Positions 47,923-58,469 of a stretch of DNA of 64,000 nucleotides are shown piece by piece. The notes beneath the pieces are model-generated. The model worked only from the letters and a program-made list of their open reading frames with translations. It searched no databases and was not told where the DNA came from. Made by a program: the position numbers and the translations under genes. Every line of letters starts with the position of its first letter. Position 1 is the first letter of the stretch. Origin of the DNA: Polyangiaceae bacterium (GTDB lineage: Bacteria; Myxococcota_A; Polyangia; Polyangiales; Polyangiaceae); the NCBI GenBank assembly GCA_033763455.1, contig JANRKO010000011.1, forward strand, positions 64,001 to 128,000, written 5' to 3'.

Positions 47923-49242
47923 TCAAAGAAAATCTTTAAGCATCCGGCAACGCTTGGGATTTTTGAGCTTTCGAAGGGCTTTGGCTTCGATCTGACGAAT
48001 ACGCTCGCGCGTAACCTCGAAATCTTGGCCAACCTCTTCGAGCGTGTGCTCGCTCTTTTCCTCAATCCCAAAGCGCATGCGCAGCACCTTCTCTTCGCGT
48101 GGCGTAAGCGTCTTTAACGCACGCCCAGTTTGCTCGCTCAAGCTGCTTTCGATGGCCGCCTCTACAGGGCTGACAGCGCCGGCATCTTCAATGAAATCGC
48201 CCAGGCAGCTGTCCCCTTCCTCGCCAAACGGTGTCTCCAGGCTCAGCGGCTCCTTCACCAGCTTGAGCACCTTGTTGAGCTCAGTGGGAGATATCTCCAG
48301 CTCCTTGGCGATCTCTTCCGGCGTCGGCTCGCGCCCGAGCTCATGCATCAAAAAGCGGGCAGTGCGAAACACCTTGTTGGTGGTTTCCAGCATGTGCACC
48401 GGGATGCGAATGGTCCGTGATTGATCCGCGATCGCTCGGGTGATGGCCTGGCGGATCCACCACGTGCCGTAAGTGGAGAATTTATACCCGCGTCGGTAGT
48501 CAAACTTTTCTACCGCGCGCATCAAGCCAATGTTGCCCTCTTGCACGAGGTCCAGGAACTGAAGGCCGTGGTTGGTGTACTTTTTGGCAATCGACACGAC
48601 CAAGCGCAAATTGGCCTCGACGAGCTCTGCCTTGGCACGCTCCGTGAGGCGCTCACTCCGGCAAATCTGCTCGTAGGTGGCTTGTGCCTGCTGCGATGCG
48701 CTCGCTGAAAGCTGACGCTCCTGCATCTGCTGCTGATGCGACGCCTTCTGGTGCTTGATGAGCCGCTGAATGAGCTTACCGCTCAGCTGCATCTGCTTCA
48801 AAATCTCAATGCACTTGCCACGGTGTTCACGGATGCTGGCCGTGACTTCCTTCTTCTTCTCGGCAGTGCTGCCCTTACTCTCTTCAACGAGCTGAGCAAT
48901 CTGCTTCTCTAGCTTTTTGATCTTCTCGATCAGGCCCAGGAAGCGCTGAACGGATTCCTCTTCGGAACGGTTTTCAATGTCTTCCAGGTCGCCCAAGAGC
49001 GTGTTCGCTCGGATCTTCCCGAGCCGAAGTTGCTCAGCAAGACGCATGAGCTCCTCCATTGCCCAAGGGCTGCTAAAGAGCGCTTCGAGGATCTGGACTT
49101 GGCCTTCCTCAATGCGTTTCGCAATCTCAATTTCGCGCTCACGGGTTAACAGCGCAGTCCGCGCCATCTTTGTGAGGTAGGCGCGGACGCCATCACTCTC
49201 TAGACCCGAAGCATCACCCGATCTCTGAGTTGTCTTTTTCAA
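47923..49242 (-). CDS. RpoD-family sigma-70 factor lacking region 1.1
   Basis: DGVRAYL..M....LLTRERE (1.2), [60 protein letters not shown]. Confidence 0.93.
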   Translation of the reverse strand: MKKTTQRSGDASGLESDGVRAYLTKMARTALLTREREIEIAKRIEEGQVQILEALFSSPWAMEELMRLAEQLRLGKIRANTLLGDLEDIENRSEEESVQRFLGLIEKIKKLEKQIAQLVEESKGSTAEKKKEVTASIREHRGKCIEILKQMQLSGKLIQRLIKHQKASHQQQMQERQLSASASQQAQATYEQICRSERLTERAKAELVEANLRLVVSIAKKYTNHGLQFLDLVQEGNIGLMRAVEKFDYRRGYKFSTYGTWWIRQAITRAIADQSRTIRIPVHMLETTNKVFRTARFLMHELGREPTPEEIAKELEISPTELNKVLKLVKEPLSLETPFGEEGDSCLGDFIEDAGAVSPVEAAIESSLSEQTGRALKTLTPREEKVLRMRFGIEEKSEHTLEEVGQDFEVTRERIRQIEAKALRKLKNPKRCRMLKDFL

Positions 49243-49439
49243 GCGCCCTGTCCTAGCACCTTTCCAGAAAAAGGGGGCTACTTCGCGCTTTTTACCGAAG
49301 TGGTCCCATCCCGGCGATTTCTGGGGGTCCTGCCGGGGTCCCCACCGCCCCGGGACCCGTGCGCGACTTGGCTGGCGGCCAATTCCAGGGGTCCGACGGA
49401 AAACCTTGGCAGGCCGTGGGCGACCTGATAGTCGGCCGC

Positions 49440-49967
49440 ATGGCTAACCCGGCACTTACCGCCCAGACCGACCGCGTCGTCTCTATCCTCTATGTACTGA
49501 CCCTCAGCGACGGCAGGCAAGTCGACTCGTCCGGCGTTGACGATCCCCTCGAATACCTGCACGGACACGACAACATTGTTCCAGGACTCGAACGCAAGCT
49601 TGAGGGTCGAGCGGTGGGCGATAAGTTGAAGGTCACCGTGGCGCCAGTCGACGGGTACGGGGACGTTGAGCCCGACGGGGTGCAGACCATGCCAAAGGAT
49701 GCTTTTCCGCCCGGAGTAGAGGTCGGAATGCAGCTTGCGATGGAAGATGACGAGGGCGACACCGTGTCACTTTGGGTCAAAGAAGTTACTAAGGACAACG
49801 TCGTTATCGACTTCAATCACCCGCTCGCCGGGCAGACGCTTCATTTTGATGTCGAAGTTGTCGGGGTTCGAGAAGCGAGCCCTGAAGAGCTCGAACACGG
49901 TCACGTGCATGGCGCCCACGATCATCACCACGATGACTCCGAGGACGACCACCACCACCATCACTGA
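49440..49967 (+). CDS. slyD: FKBP-type peptidyl-prolyl isomerase SlyD
   Basis: [43 protein letters not shown], His-rich tail. Confidence 0.93.
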   Translation: MANPALTAQTDRVVSILYVLTLSDGRQVDSSGVDDPLEYLHGHDNIVPGLERKLEGRAVGDKLKVTVAPVDGYGDVEPDGVQTMPKDAFPPGVEVGMQLAMEDDEGDTVSLWVKEVTKDNVVIDFNHPLAGQTLHFDVEVVGVREASPEELEHGHVHGAHDHHHDDSEDDHHHHH

Positions 49968-51079
49968 TCCGGATCGGGCGGTGGCACCACGAATTCGTAT
50001 TCGGTAGCCCAAGATTTCTCCGCACCGGAGTCGAGGTGCAGAGCAATGAACACCTCAGGCGCCACCACTTCGCGTACCGACCAAACGGTGAATTTCTCCG
50101 GCGCAAAGTCCCCAGAAACGCGCACCTTGGAACCAACCTGCGTGTTTTCTAGCTCGAAGCTAAAGGTGGGCCTCGCGTCAGTGGGCTTCAGGTTTCCGAA
50201 GATCGAAGACTTCGCTGGAATGGGGCCAAGCACCTCCAGCGCAGAGCCAACCAAGCGCCCTAAGCTAGGCGGCTGAAGGCCCTCTATAACGACAACGGGT
50301 GCACCGAAGGCAACGCGATAGGCTGGGCCAATGAACTGACCGTCCAAGCGGAAGAAATTGTGCGCGTAGTGATTGGTGTGGATGGGTTCTGAACCCGTGT
50401 TCTTGAGCGTGTGCTCGATCACCAGCAGCGTGCGGGTCGGATCGAGCCGCACCACTTTTCGATATTGATAACCAAACCCGCGGCTTATGGGCAGCTCCTG
50501 CGAAAAAGTGGCGCTCAGCGCGTCGTGCTCCACGCGCCACGGCAGGGCTCGCACGAGGGGATACTCACCGTTGAAACTGTAGGGCTCGGCTGAGGTGCGA
50601 CGGAGCTCACCCACTCCGATCTTGAAGAATGATTCACCTGGCTTGGCCGCGGCGTAGCCGAGTGGCGTCTCGATGCCGAATTCCTCAGCCGGCCCCGTCG
50701 CGGCGTCATGAGCCAACGGGTCGTGAGTTGCTTGCCACGGCTCCACAAACCGATGTGCGCCGACCTTTACCGAGCCAATAATGCCCGAGCGGTCGAAGCG
50801 AATTCCCCGATAATAACCGGTGACCGCATCGGGCGGAAAAACCTGTACTTGCATATTGGGGTTACCGAGGAAAAACACTGGGAAAGTGTCGCTCGGCTGT
50901 GAGTTGGCGTCGCTTGAGCGTTCCACATTTCCCGGCGCGACTAAGGTCGAGCTCGGCTCTCTGGAGCGGGGACATGGGCCGCTTCCGGCACAGCTCAGTA
51001 GGCTCGTGGCCACCAGCACCAAGCGGAACCTTCGGACAAACGCTAGGGAACCGAACGGAATGAGGTGGGGACTGCTCAT
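49961..51079 (-). CDS. Lipoprotein with a galactose-mutarotase-like beta-sandwich
   Basis: LLSC lipobox; GYYRGIRFDRSG, IEHTLKNTG...YAHNFF. Confidence 0.65.
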   Translation of the reverse strand: MSSPHLIPFGSLAFVRRFRLVLVATSLLSCAGSGPCPRSREPSSTLVAPGNVERSSDANSQPSDTFPVFFLGNPNMQVQVFPPDAVTGYYRGIRFDRSGIIGSVKVGAHRFVEPWQATHDPLAHDAATGPAEEFGIETPLGYAAAKPGESFFKIGVGELRRTSAEPYSFNGEYPLVRALPWRVEHDALSATFSQELPISRGFGYQYRKVVRLDPTRTLLVIEHTLKNTGSEPIHTNHYAHNFFRLDGQFIGPAYRVAFGAPVVVIEGLQPPSLGRLVGSALEVLGPIPAKSSIFGNLKPTDARPTFSFELENTQVGSKVRVSGDFAPEKFTVWSVREVVAPEVFIALHLDSGAEKSWATEYEFVVPPPDPDQ

Positions 51080-51088
51080 CGGCGCTGA

Positions 51089-51508
51089 CTATACGCGAAA
51101 GCCACTCGCTGCGAGCCACCCGGCCACACACCCCACAGCCACGCCTAGAATTGCGCACGCAACGAGCACGCCCAGAGTACGTATGCTCGCTGGAGGCGGG
51201 ACAGTCTTGGTTCGGTTATCCCGTACTCTGCAGCGCGCCCCTCGTTCGTGGCGCGGGCTTTGGCCAGGCAGTGCATCGGGCCAAGACGGGAGGCACACAG
51301 CTTGGAATTTTTGGGTCTCTATGGACAGCTCCGGGTCCACGGTCGCAGCGGGAAGCTGCACTGTTGGGAGATCTTCGGCAGCAAGCGCGGGGTGAAGTTG
51401 ACAGGGAGCAGCAATGCCGAGCGGCAAGGTGGGCATTTCAAATTGCGGGCGTCGCGAGGTTTGCATGTTCTGGGCGCCCTTCGACCGAGTGCCATGCGAG
51501 TTGCGCAA
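51089..51508 (-). CDS. Hypothetical protein with C-terminal TM
   Basis: Short ORF ending in a hydrophobic helix. Confidence 0.35.
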   Translation of the reverse strand: MRNSHGTRSKGAQNMQTSRRPQFEMPTLPLGIAAPCQLHPALAAEDLPTVQLPAATVDPELSIETQKFQAVCLPSWPDALPGQSPRHERGARCRVRDNRTKTVPPPASIRTLGVLVACAILGVAVGCVAGWLAASGFRV

Positions 51509-51820
51509 CTAGCGAAGGAGCGGAGAGCATCCCCGAACAAAGGCAAAAACCCGAAAGCTAAGTACTGTTTGGGCGAACGGGTGGCCGGGCCTGAGCCGCA
51601 AGGGGCGCCTGCCGACACCCTGTGAGCCTGGAGTTGCCCCTGGAAACAAGGCCTGGAAAAGCCCAGCTCATGCTAAAGCGGGGGCGGCCCAAGCTAACGC
51701 AGGAGCTTCCGCCCTAAGCTCCGGACCTCCTCAGTACCCCATCCAATGGCAAGGCACCCCTTCATGCTTCCTTCGACCACGCCAGAGCGCCCACCTCGTC
51801 GAACGTTCCGCCCCACCACC

Positions 51821-54253
51821 ATGATGAGGTGGATTACTGCGTGGTTAAGCTGCAGCTTGCTTTTCCTGGCGGCCATTTCGGCTCCGAGCTGCGCGCGAAC
51901 CCAGCTTTGCGATGCGCTCACGGGCGAGTGCCCGGTCATTAAAGGTGCGGTCGGAACCGGTGGTACTGGGAACGGCGGCACTGGCGGGAACGGCAATATG
52001 GGGTGCACAACCGGCACCGCTTGCAATGGCCTGTGCGTGAACACGGCGACTGACCCCAAGAACTGCGGAGCCTGCGGCAACGTGTGTGGCGATGGCCTTG
52101 TCTGCCAGGGCGGTACCTGCACAGGGACGTGCAACCCAGGCCTTTTGCAGTGCGGCAGTGAATGTGTGAAGGCGGATAGCGATCCCGCAAACTGCGGAGC
52201 CTGCGGCAACGTGTGCGCCACGGGTCAAAGCTGTTCGAATGGCGCGTGCAGTTGTGCCGTTGATAGTGCGTTGTGCAACGGCACGTGTCGCTCTCTCGCG
52301 AGTGATCCGAATAACTGCGGAACCTGCGGCAACGTGTGCGGGCGTGGCGCCCCATTTTGCCAACAAAATGGCTGTGTTTCTCAGTGTCAGGCGCCTTTTT
52401 CAGCCTGCGGCCTGAGCTGCGTAGATAGGCTGAGCGACCCTCTGAACTGCGGGGCTTGCGGCAACGTGTGCGGAGGGGGGCGCAGCTGCTCAGCAGGCGC
52501 TTGCGTGTGCCCTGCCGGTTTTCAAGACTGCAATGGGCAGTGTGTTGACCTCAAAGCTGATGGCGCCAACTGTGGAGTTTGCGGAAACAAGTGTGACGCC
52601 ACCTCTCAGTGCCTAAACGCCAAGTGCGAATGCCAAAATGGCGGCGTTCGCTGCAACAACCTCTGCACCACCACAGCCAGCGACCCCAATAATTGCGGCG
52701 CTTGCGGCAACGTCTGCGGCAACGGCAAGGTCTGCGCGAACGGAGCGTGCCAAGATCTGTGCCCTGTGCCACTCAGCTCCTGCAACGGCAGCTGCCTCGA
52801 TCTCACCTCCGATCCCGCCAACTGCGGCACCTGCGGAAACAAGTGCGCGACGGGCCAAAGCTGTGAAGGTGGGTCCTGCCGCTGCCAAGGTGGTGGCCTA
52901 GCTTGCGGCGGCGTGTGCAAAGATGGGCTGAGCGATCCTAATAACTGCGGCGCCTGTGGCAACGTCTGCGGGGCACGGCAAACGTGTTCGGGAGCGAAGT
53001 GCCAATGCGACGCAACCAGCACCGATTGCAACGGCACCTGCACCAACACGGCCGCAGATCCCAATAACTGCGGTGCTTGCGGCAAGGCTTGTGCGAATGG
53101 CCAGGTCTGCCAATTCGGACAGTGCACCACGAGCTGCACCGCGCCCCTTCAGAACTGCAGCGGCGGGTGCGTTGATCTCACTACCGATAGTCAGAACTGC
53201 AGTGCCTGCGGCATCGCGTGTGGTGCCGGGCAAGTGTGCTCGGGCGGGAAATGCGCTTGCCCCAATGGGACCACTTCCTGCAGCGGGCAGTGCGTGAGCA
53301 CCCTCACCGACCCCAATAACTGCGGAGGGTGCGGCCTTGTGTGTTCGGGGGGCAAGAGCTGCAGTGGAGGCCTCTGTGTATGCCCAGCTGGCGCCAGCAA
53401 CTGTGGCGGTGTCTGTGCTTTTACCTCAACGGATAAGGCCAATTGCGGAAGCTGCGGTGTTTCGTGCGGTGCCGCACAATCCTGCAACGCGGGCATGTGT
53501 TCTTGCCCAGGAAGCCAGACCGCGTGCAACGGAGCCTGCGTGGACGCGCTCACGGACGCTGCCAACTGTGGCGGTTGCGGTCGCGCCTGCGGGGCTTCGC
53601 AGGAGTGCATCTCGGGGGCTTGTCGGTGCGACGCCCGCACCACATTCTGCAATGGGCAATGCTCGAATACGCGCAGCGATCACGAAAATTGTGGAGCCTG
53701 CGGCAACGCCTGTGCTGCCAACCAAGTGTGCAGCAACGGTAATTGCCAGACGATGTGTTCTGGCAACAATGTGCAATGCATGGCCAATTCCTGCGTGAGC
53801 TTGCGGGACGACGTGAACAACTGTGGAGCGTGCGGTGTTGCCTGCGCAAGTGGGGAGGCTTGCTTCCGCGGAACCTGCGCCTGCAGGCGAGGCCTGCAAG
53901 CTTGCAACGGTACCTGCACCGATCCCCTCAACGATCCGAATAACTGCGGAGCGTGTGGCAAGGCGTGCGGCATAGGCGCCGTGTGCAATGGCGGGACGTG
54001 CGGTTGCCCGGGCGGCTCGGTAGCGTGCGGTAACGTTTGCGCCAATCCGCTTACGGATCCATCGAACTGCGGGAGGTGTGGCAACGCGTGCCCGGCTGGG
54101 GCCTCCTGCTTGAATGGCGCGTGCGGCTGTGCAGGGGAAACGAACCTGTGCAAAGGCGCGTGCGTGAACGTGCTGCTCGATCCACAGAACTGTGGCGGCT
54201 GCGGCAAGCCCTGCGCACCTGGACAAAGCTGCAACAACGGCTCTTGCCAGTAG
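51821..54253 (+). CDS. Cys-rich repeat lipoprotein (18 DxxNCGxCG / STIG1-like repeats)
   Basis: Signal ending APSC; 18 counted ~41-aa repeats of about 8 Cys each. Alternative start 51746. Confidence 0.9.
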   Translation: MMRWITAWLSCSLLFLAAISAPSCARTQLCDALTGECPVIKGAVGTGGTGNGGTGGNGNMGCTTGTACNGLCVNTATDPKNCGACGNVCGDGLVCQGGTCTGTCNPGLLQCGSECVKADSDPANCGACGNVCATGQSCSNGACSCAVDSALCNGTCRSLASDPNNCGTCGNVCGRGAPFCQQNGCVSQCQAPFSACGLSCVDRLSDPLNCGACGNVCGGGRSCSAGACVCPAGFQDCNGQCVDLKADGANCGVCGNKCDATSQCLNAKCECQNGGVRCNNLCTTTASDPNNCGACGNVCGNGKVCANGACQDLCPVPLSSCNGSCLDLTSDPANCGTCGNKCATGQSCEGGSCRCQGGGLACGGVCKDGLSDPNNCGACGNVCGARQTCSGAKCQCDATSTDCNGTCTNTAADPNNCGACGKACANGQVCQFGQCTTSCTAPLQNCSGGCVDLTTDSQNCSACGIACGAGQVCSGGKCACPNGTTSCSGQCVSTLTDPNNCGGCGLVCSGGKSCSGGLCVCPAGASNCGGVCAFTSTDKANCGSCGVSCGAAQSCNAGMCSCPGSQTACNGACVDALTDAANCGGCGRACGASQECISGACRCDARTTFCNGQCSNTRSDHENCGACGNACAANQVCSNGNCQTMCSGNNVQCMANSCVSLRDDVNNCGACGVACASGEACFRGTCACRRGLQACNGTCTDPLNDPNNCGACGKACGIGAVCNGGTCGCPGGSVACGNVCANPLTDPSNCGRCGNACPAGASCLNGACGCAGETNLCKGACVNVLLDPQNCGGCGKPCAPGQSCNNGSCQ

Positions 54254-54257
54254 CCGC

Positions 54258-55115
54258 TCAGTGAGCCGGCCAAGTCTTCCGCAATAGCTGCCGCAGCTTG
54301 ACCCAGGATTTTTCGTCTGCAGTTTTGTCGTAAGCTATCGGCAGCTGGAACTTTTTGCCGAGCAGGGTGGCCTTTGGGTTAGTAAATGCGTGCAGCGCAC
54401 CTGGGTAAACATTGACCTCTACGTCAGCGCCAGCAGCCAACATTTCTGCTTTGGCGGCGTCTACATCGGCCTGGGGTACCATGGGATCAGCGCCGCCGGT
54501 TTCGATCAGCACCTTGCCGTGATAGCTGCCGGGGCGAGCGGGGTTTTGGGTCTTTAGCGCTCCATGAAAACTAGCAATGGCGTCCAGGGGGACCCCCATG
54601 CGCACCATGTTGAGGACTACGCCGCCACCAAAACAGTAGCCAATGGCTGCAATTTTCCCCGCGTCCAGACGCGGGTTCGAAGCCAAAACTGCGCGCCCGG
54701 CCTCGAAGCGTTGTTTGGTGATTTCAAGATCGGCAGTAGCCGCCCCTGCCAATTTTCCGGCTTCTTCGGGATTTTCGGTCGTTTTCCCGTCGCCATACAT
54801 GTCGACCGCTAACGCCACATATCCGAGCTCTGCTAGCTGACGAGCACGGCTCCGCGCGTACTCATTCTGGCCCCACCATTCGTGAACGACAAGAATTCCA
54901 GGGTGTTTTCCCGCGCCCTTCGGTTCAGCAAGGAAACCCGTGAGCGCCGTGGCCCCAGCCTGGTAGCTCACCTCTTTGGTCGCGATCGCCTCGGTTGCTT
55001 TTTGAACCGGAACGTTTGCGGGCGACACGTCTTGCGCCTTGCAGGCGCCGAGCGTGAGGACACAAACAGCGAGTAGGGCATGGGCGCGAGTGGCTTTAGA
55101 TTCGAGAGTCGGCAT
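54258..55115 (-). CDS. Dienelactone hydrolase family lipoprotein
   Basis: LGAC lipobox; HEWWG, GYCFGG, SFHG, GADPMV, YPGALHAF. Confidence 0.93.
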   Translation of the reverse strand: MPTLESKATRAHALLAVCVLTLGACKAQDVSPANVPVQKATEAIATKEVSYQAGATALTGFLAEPKGAGKHPGILVVHEWWGQNEYARSRARQLAELGYVALAVDMYGDGKTTENPEEAGKLAGAATADLEITKQRFEAGRAVLASNPRLDAGKIAAIGYCFGGGVVLNMVRMGVPLDAIASFHGALKTQNPARPGSYHGKVLIETGGADPMVPQADVDAAKAEMLAAGADVEVNVYPGALHAFTNPKATLLGKKFQLPIAYDKTADEKSWVKLRQLLRKTWPAH

Positions 55116-55305
55116 GGGCCCGATGGTGCCATGCACTTCACCGCATGCGTTAGTCGAATGTTCCAAGCATGGCCGGCCCTCCCGGGCGAACGAACCACGC
55201 CGACCATCGCTTTGAGTGCGGCAGGGCCCCGTGCAATCGCGCTGATCTGCTCTTCGGGCGCCGGTAGACCCAACAATCAAGTTCTTCACTTTGGGTACGT
55301 ACACC

Positions 55306-55497
55306 CTACTTCAGCCTGAATCGATCAAGCCAGGATCTCGAAGCGCTTACCTCCTGCTCCTTCTCGCCCACCACCGCCTCATCGCGGCAGTGACAGCGTT
55401 CGGCTACCGGCACATCGGCAAGCACCTGTTCCACATGCGCGCCACAGCCCGCAAACGTCGGCTTTCCACATTTCTGACAGACAACTCGGCGACACAT
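55306..55497 (-). CDS. Small Cys/His (zinc-binding) protein
   Basis: MC....CQKCGKPTFAGCGAHVEQVL..VP..ERC.C conserved pattern; GGAGCGGA RBS region. Confidence 0.75.
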   Translation of the reverse strand: MCRRVVCQKCGKPTFAGCGAHVEQVLADVPVAERCHCRDEAVVGEKEQEVSASRSWLDRFRLK

Positions 55498-55513
55498 ACC
55501 ATTCCGCTCCGAT

Positions 55514-56038
55514 CTACTCCGATTCGTTGTGCACTCGTGAAGAGCCCCCGCGAGCGAGCTCCAGGGCTTCCAAGTAGCTAGCACCGCGCCGTTCCGCGAC
55601 AAGATCGAACGCGAGGAAAAATGCCGCATGAATTAGCAGTGCCAAAGCAATTCCCCAGAGCGTGGGCCGTGACTTTTGCGTGAGCCCAACAAACGCAGAA
55701 GCGCACAAAACGCCCACCCAAAGCAGCTCTAAGCGCGCGAAGTTTTTCTGCACTTTCGCCATACGAACGGCTTCTTGAGTCAGCGTGTTCGCCTGCTCTG
55801 AATCCAACTGTGAGAGCAGCGCTTGCACCTGTGGCCCCGTTCGCAACCACAGACCACCTCCAATCGCCACCTCCACCAACCCCAACACGCCAAGCGCGAT
55901 CGCGAAAGAGCGCAACTCGTACCGAGACTGCACGAGCACGGTTGCCGCACAGAGGCTCGCCGCTCCAACCAGGAAGGCCAAAAGAGCTCCTCCCTTTTCC
56001 CCAGCGAAATAGAGCTCTATGGCCTCGCGCATCAGCAC
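55514..56038 (-). CDS. Four-TM membrane protein
   Basis: YFAGEK...FDLVAERRG..Y pattern with four hydrophobic helices. Confidence 0.7.
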   Translation of the reverse strand: MLMREAIELYFAGEKGGALLAFLVGAASLCAATVLVQSRYELRSFAIALGVLGLVEVAIGGGLWLRTGPQVQALLSQLDSEQANTLTQEAVRMAKVQKNFARLELLWVGVLCASAFVGLTQKSRPTLWGIALALLIHAAFFLAFDLVAERRGASYLEALELARGGSSRVHNESE

Positions 56039-56248
56039 CCCTCACCCAACTGTGCCGAGCGTTCGCCGATCGCCCCCGACTGAAGACGCATGCGACTGGG
56101 CTGAAGAAAAGCGCCGAAGACCGTTGCGGGCCCTACTCCTGAAGAACAAGGGTTGAGCCGCGGGCCGAGAGCGCCGACACTCTGGAACTTCGGCAGTCTG
56201 GAGCGCTCAGCCAACCTTCCGACGCCGCCTACGCGCACAGAGAAAGAG

Positions 56249-57040
56249 ATGTCAAAACGATCGGCCAACAAGCGCCCCCGGAAAGGCTCATCGAACCGCC
56301 CAGCGGCGTCGACACCCAGCTCCCAACCGCAAAATCCTGGCGCGTGGAGCCTGCCAACTAACCCACCGAGCGCCATACCAAGCGCCGAAGGCAGCGCTGG
56401 CGAAGCGGATGAGCACCACGACTTTTTCCTCACAGGCGACGCTGGAAGTTATCCCGAAGGGCCCGCGAACGCCAGCTCCAAGGGTGATGACTGGCCCGAG
56501 CCGGAATCCCCTGCGGTGAGGCGCACACCGGCGATGGACGCTCGGCGTGCTCGAAACAAGAAGATCGTGTTGCGGTTGGTAGCAGGGCTTGCTGCGCTCA
56601 ATTCAGTCGCGCTTCTCATCTGGTTTTCGCGCCGAACCGATGGCACCAACGGAGAAGTGGCACGCAATGTTCGAATGGACACACATTCGGCTGCAGCAGA
56701 AAATCGTTCCGCGCACGTGCCGATCGAGGAACGCTTGATTGCCGCCGCCGCACCCCAACTAGCTCCCGCCCCCGTTGCCACCAAGCCTGAGGACGCAGCG
56801 CCAAAAGCAGCCTTGCCCTCGATGCAGCCGCAGGCAACGCCCCCTCCCAAGAACGTATCAAATTCCGACGCTGCGCCTAAGACATCCATGACGGCAGCCT
56901 CAGAGAAACCTGCAACTGTCACGAAGAAACCATCCGTGCAGCGCCCCCATGTCGCCGCCCCCGCAAGCGCACCCCGCCCGAGCGCCGCACCGGTTACGCC
57001 AAGCGGGCCTCGGCCGACCGCTGCCTTTCCTCTACTCTGA
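56249..57040 (+). CDS. Single-TM Pro/Ala-rich hypothetical protein
   Basis: AGAAAGAG RBS, central TM, low-complexity tail. Confidence 0.6.
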   Translation: MSKRSANKRPRKGSSNRPAASTPSSQPQNPGAWSLPTNPPSAIPSAEGSAGEADEHHDFFLTGDAGSYPEGPANASSKGDDWPEPESPAVRRTPAMDARRARNKKIVLRLVAGLAALNSVALLIWFSRRTDGTNGEVARNVRMDTHSAAAENRSAHVPIEERLIAAAAPQLAPAPVATKPEDAAPKAALPSMQPQATPPPKNVSNSDAAPKTSMTAASEKPATVTKKPSVQRPHVAAPASAPRPSAAPVTPSGPRPTAAFPLL

Positions 57041-57062
57041 CCGCACGCCCGCGCGCCGTCAC

Positions 57063-58469
57063 TCAAACGTACAGCGAAGTGAGCGGTCCGTTGACGTTCA
57101 CCGAACCAACGGTGTTGATGTCTGTTAAGCCCATGTATTGAATCATAGACACAAGCAAACGGGCGTTATCGCGACCAGCCTCAACTTCGTCGCCATCAGA
57201 CTTCCCCTTTAAGTAGCAACCGGTCTTGAACGTCCCTTGTCCGTTGCCGAATAACACAGCGGGCACGGATTTGGTGATGTGGGGGTCCCCATTGCCCTCG
57301 GCGCCACCGAGCTCAGACAACCAAAGCACCATCGTAGAATCCATGAGCGGAAGGCCCATCGCATCCTTGGTGGACTTCAACTTGTCGATCAGCAACGCAA
57401 TCTGCTCAGCGTAAGTGTTAGTGAAAATGCGCAAAGCAGTGGTCTTCTCGTTGGAGGGGTCCTGATGGCTCCAAGGGTGGTGTGCTGGGCCTGAATCTCC
57501 GGAATCCACCACCGAGGAGCTGGGCACCCCGTACTTTTTGGGCAACTGGTTGCGCGCAGCTTGGCAACCGATTTGAAATGCAATGAGGTGTGAAAATTCA
57601 CACGCCAGCGTGAGTGCCATGAGCTCGTTGAAAGATGAAGTCTGCAGGTCCCGCTGTTCCGGATCTTGCCAATCGATATCCGCTGGCATTGCGGGGCGAG
57701 CACAGGTTCCCGGCGTCGGTGCGGAACCATTCAGATTCCCTTCCATACTTCGCAAGGTGGTGCAGTGTTCGTCCAAGAGCTGGGTGCCCTCGGCACCAAG
57801 TGCACCTTGTAAAGCCGTACAATCGGACACGACAAAATCGAGCACGCTCTTTTCGCGCGAGGATGCAGCCATTGCCGCAGGGCTTACGTCAGGGCCTGCA
57901 AAATTGGCAAAAACCTGTTGCCACGCCTTCTGCGGGCTAAGCTCTGGCTCGATGTTGCGGCCCGGGCCCGTAGCAAAAGCATCACCCGTACCACCTGTCT
58001 GGAAGTTCACCGTGTTGCCCCAGACGAGGGATCGGATCATTCCCGCGCGGCCTTCGGCCTCAAGTCGCTTGGCGATGACTTGGTCGATTGTTTCTCCGTT
58101 TTGGGCGTATTGATCCCCGTTGGCGCCAGCGCCAAACCCACTGTATGTCTGTCCACCAAGGGCGTGGCCTGTTCCCTCCACCGTACCGTGACCCGTAACG
58201 GCCATGTGAGACATAAAGGTGCCCACATCTTTGTGCCGCTCGAGCGGCTTCCACCAATCATGGAAGGTGAAGGCCGTTTCCGTGCCCGAAGCTGGGCCCG
58301 TTGCCGTGATTGGACCATTGGGTGAAAATACCAAAATCAACCGCCGGGGCGAGGCTGCCGTTTGCGCCTGGGCTTCAAGCCTTCGCATCAAGGGAGCCAA
58401 GAGGGTAACGAGAGCCGTGTTGCGCAGAAGATTTCGACGCGAAAGGAGACGATTCAAAGGGGACTTCAT
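57063..58469 (-). CDS. DUF1552 family Tat-exported protein
   Basis: SRRNLL Tat motif, RLILVFSPNG, TIDQVIA, SVLDFV, MDSTMVLWLSELG. Confidence 0.9.
   Translation of the reverse strand: MKSPLNRLLSRRNLLRNTALVTLLAPLMRRLEAQAQTAASPRRLILVFSPNGPITATGPASGTETAFTFHDWWKPLERHKDVGTFMSHMAVTGHGTVEGTGHALGGQTYSGFGAGANGDQYAQNGETIDQVIAKRLEAEGRAGMIRSLVWGNTVNFQTGGTGDAFATGPGRNIEPELSPQKAWQQVFANFAGPDVSPAAMAASSREKSVLDFVVSDCTALQGALGAEGTQLLDEHCTTLRSMEGNLNGSAPTPGTCARPAMPADIDWQDPEQRDLQTSSFNELMALTLACEFSHLIAFQIGCQAARNQLPKKYGVPSSSVVDSGDSGPAHHPWSHQDPSNEKTTALRIFTNTYAEQIALLIDKLKSTKDAMGLPLMDSTMVLWLSELGGAEGNGDPHITKSVPAVLFGNGQGTFKTGCYLKGKSDGDEVEAGRDNARLLVSMIQYMGLTDINTVGSVNVNGPLTSLYV

Noticed and set aside
52040..54200. Recurring AACTGCGG.GC.TGCGGCAAC units resembling a CRISPR array
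   Set aside because: The repeats are in-frame coding repeats with synonymous variation and ~120-nt period; no cas genes are present.
51694..54273. Several minus-strand ORFs with PQAPQ/LQ repeats
   Set aside because: Antisense shadows of the Cys-repeat gene.
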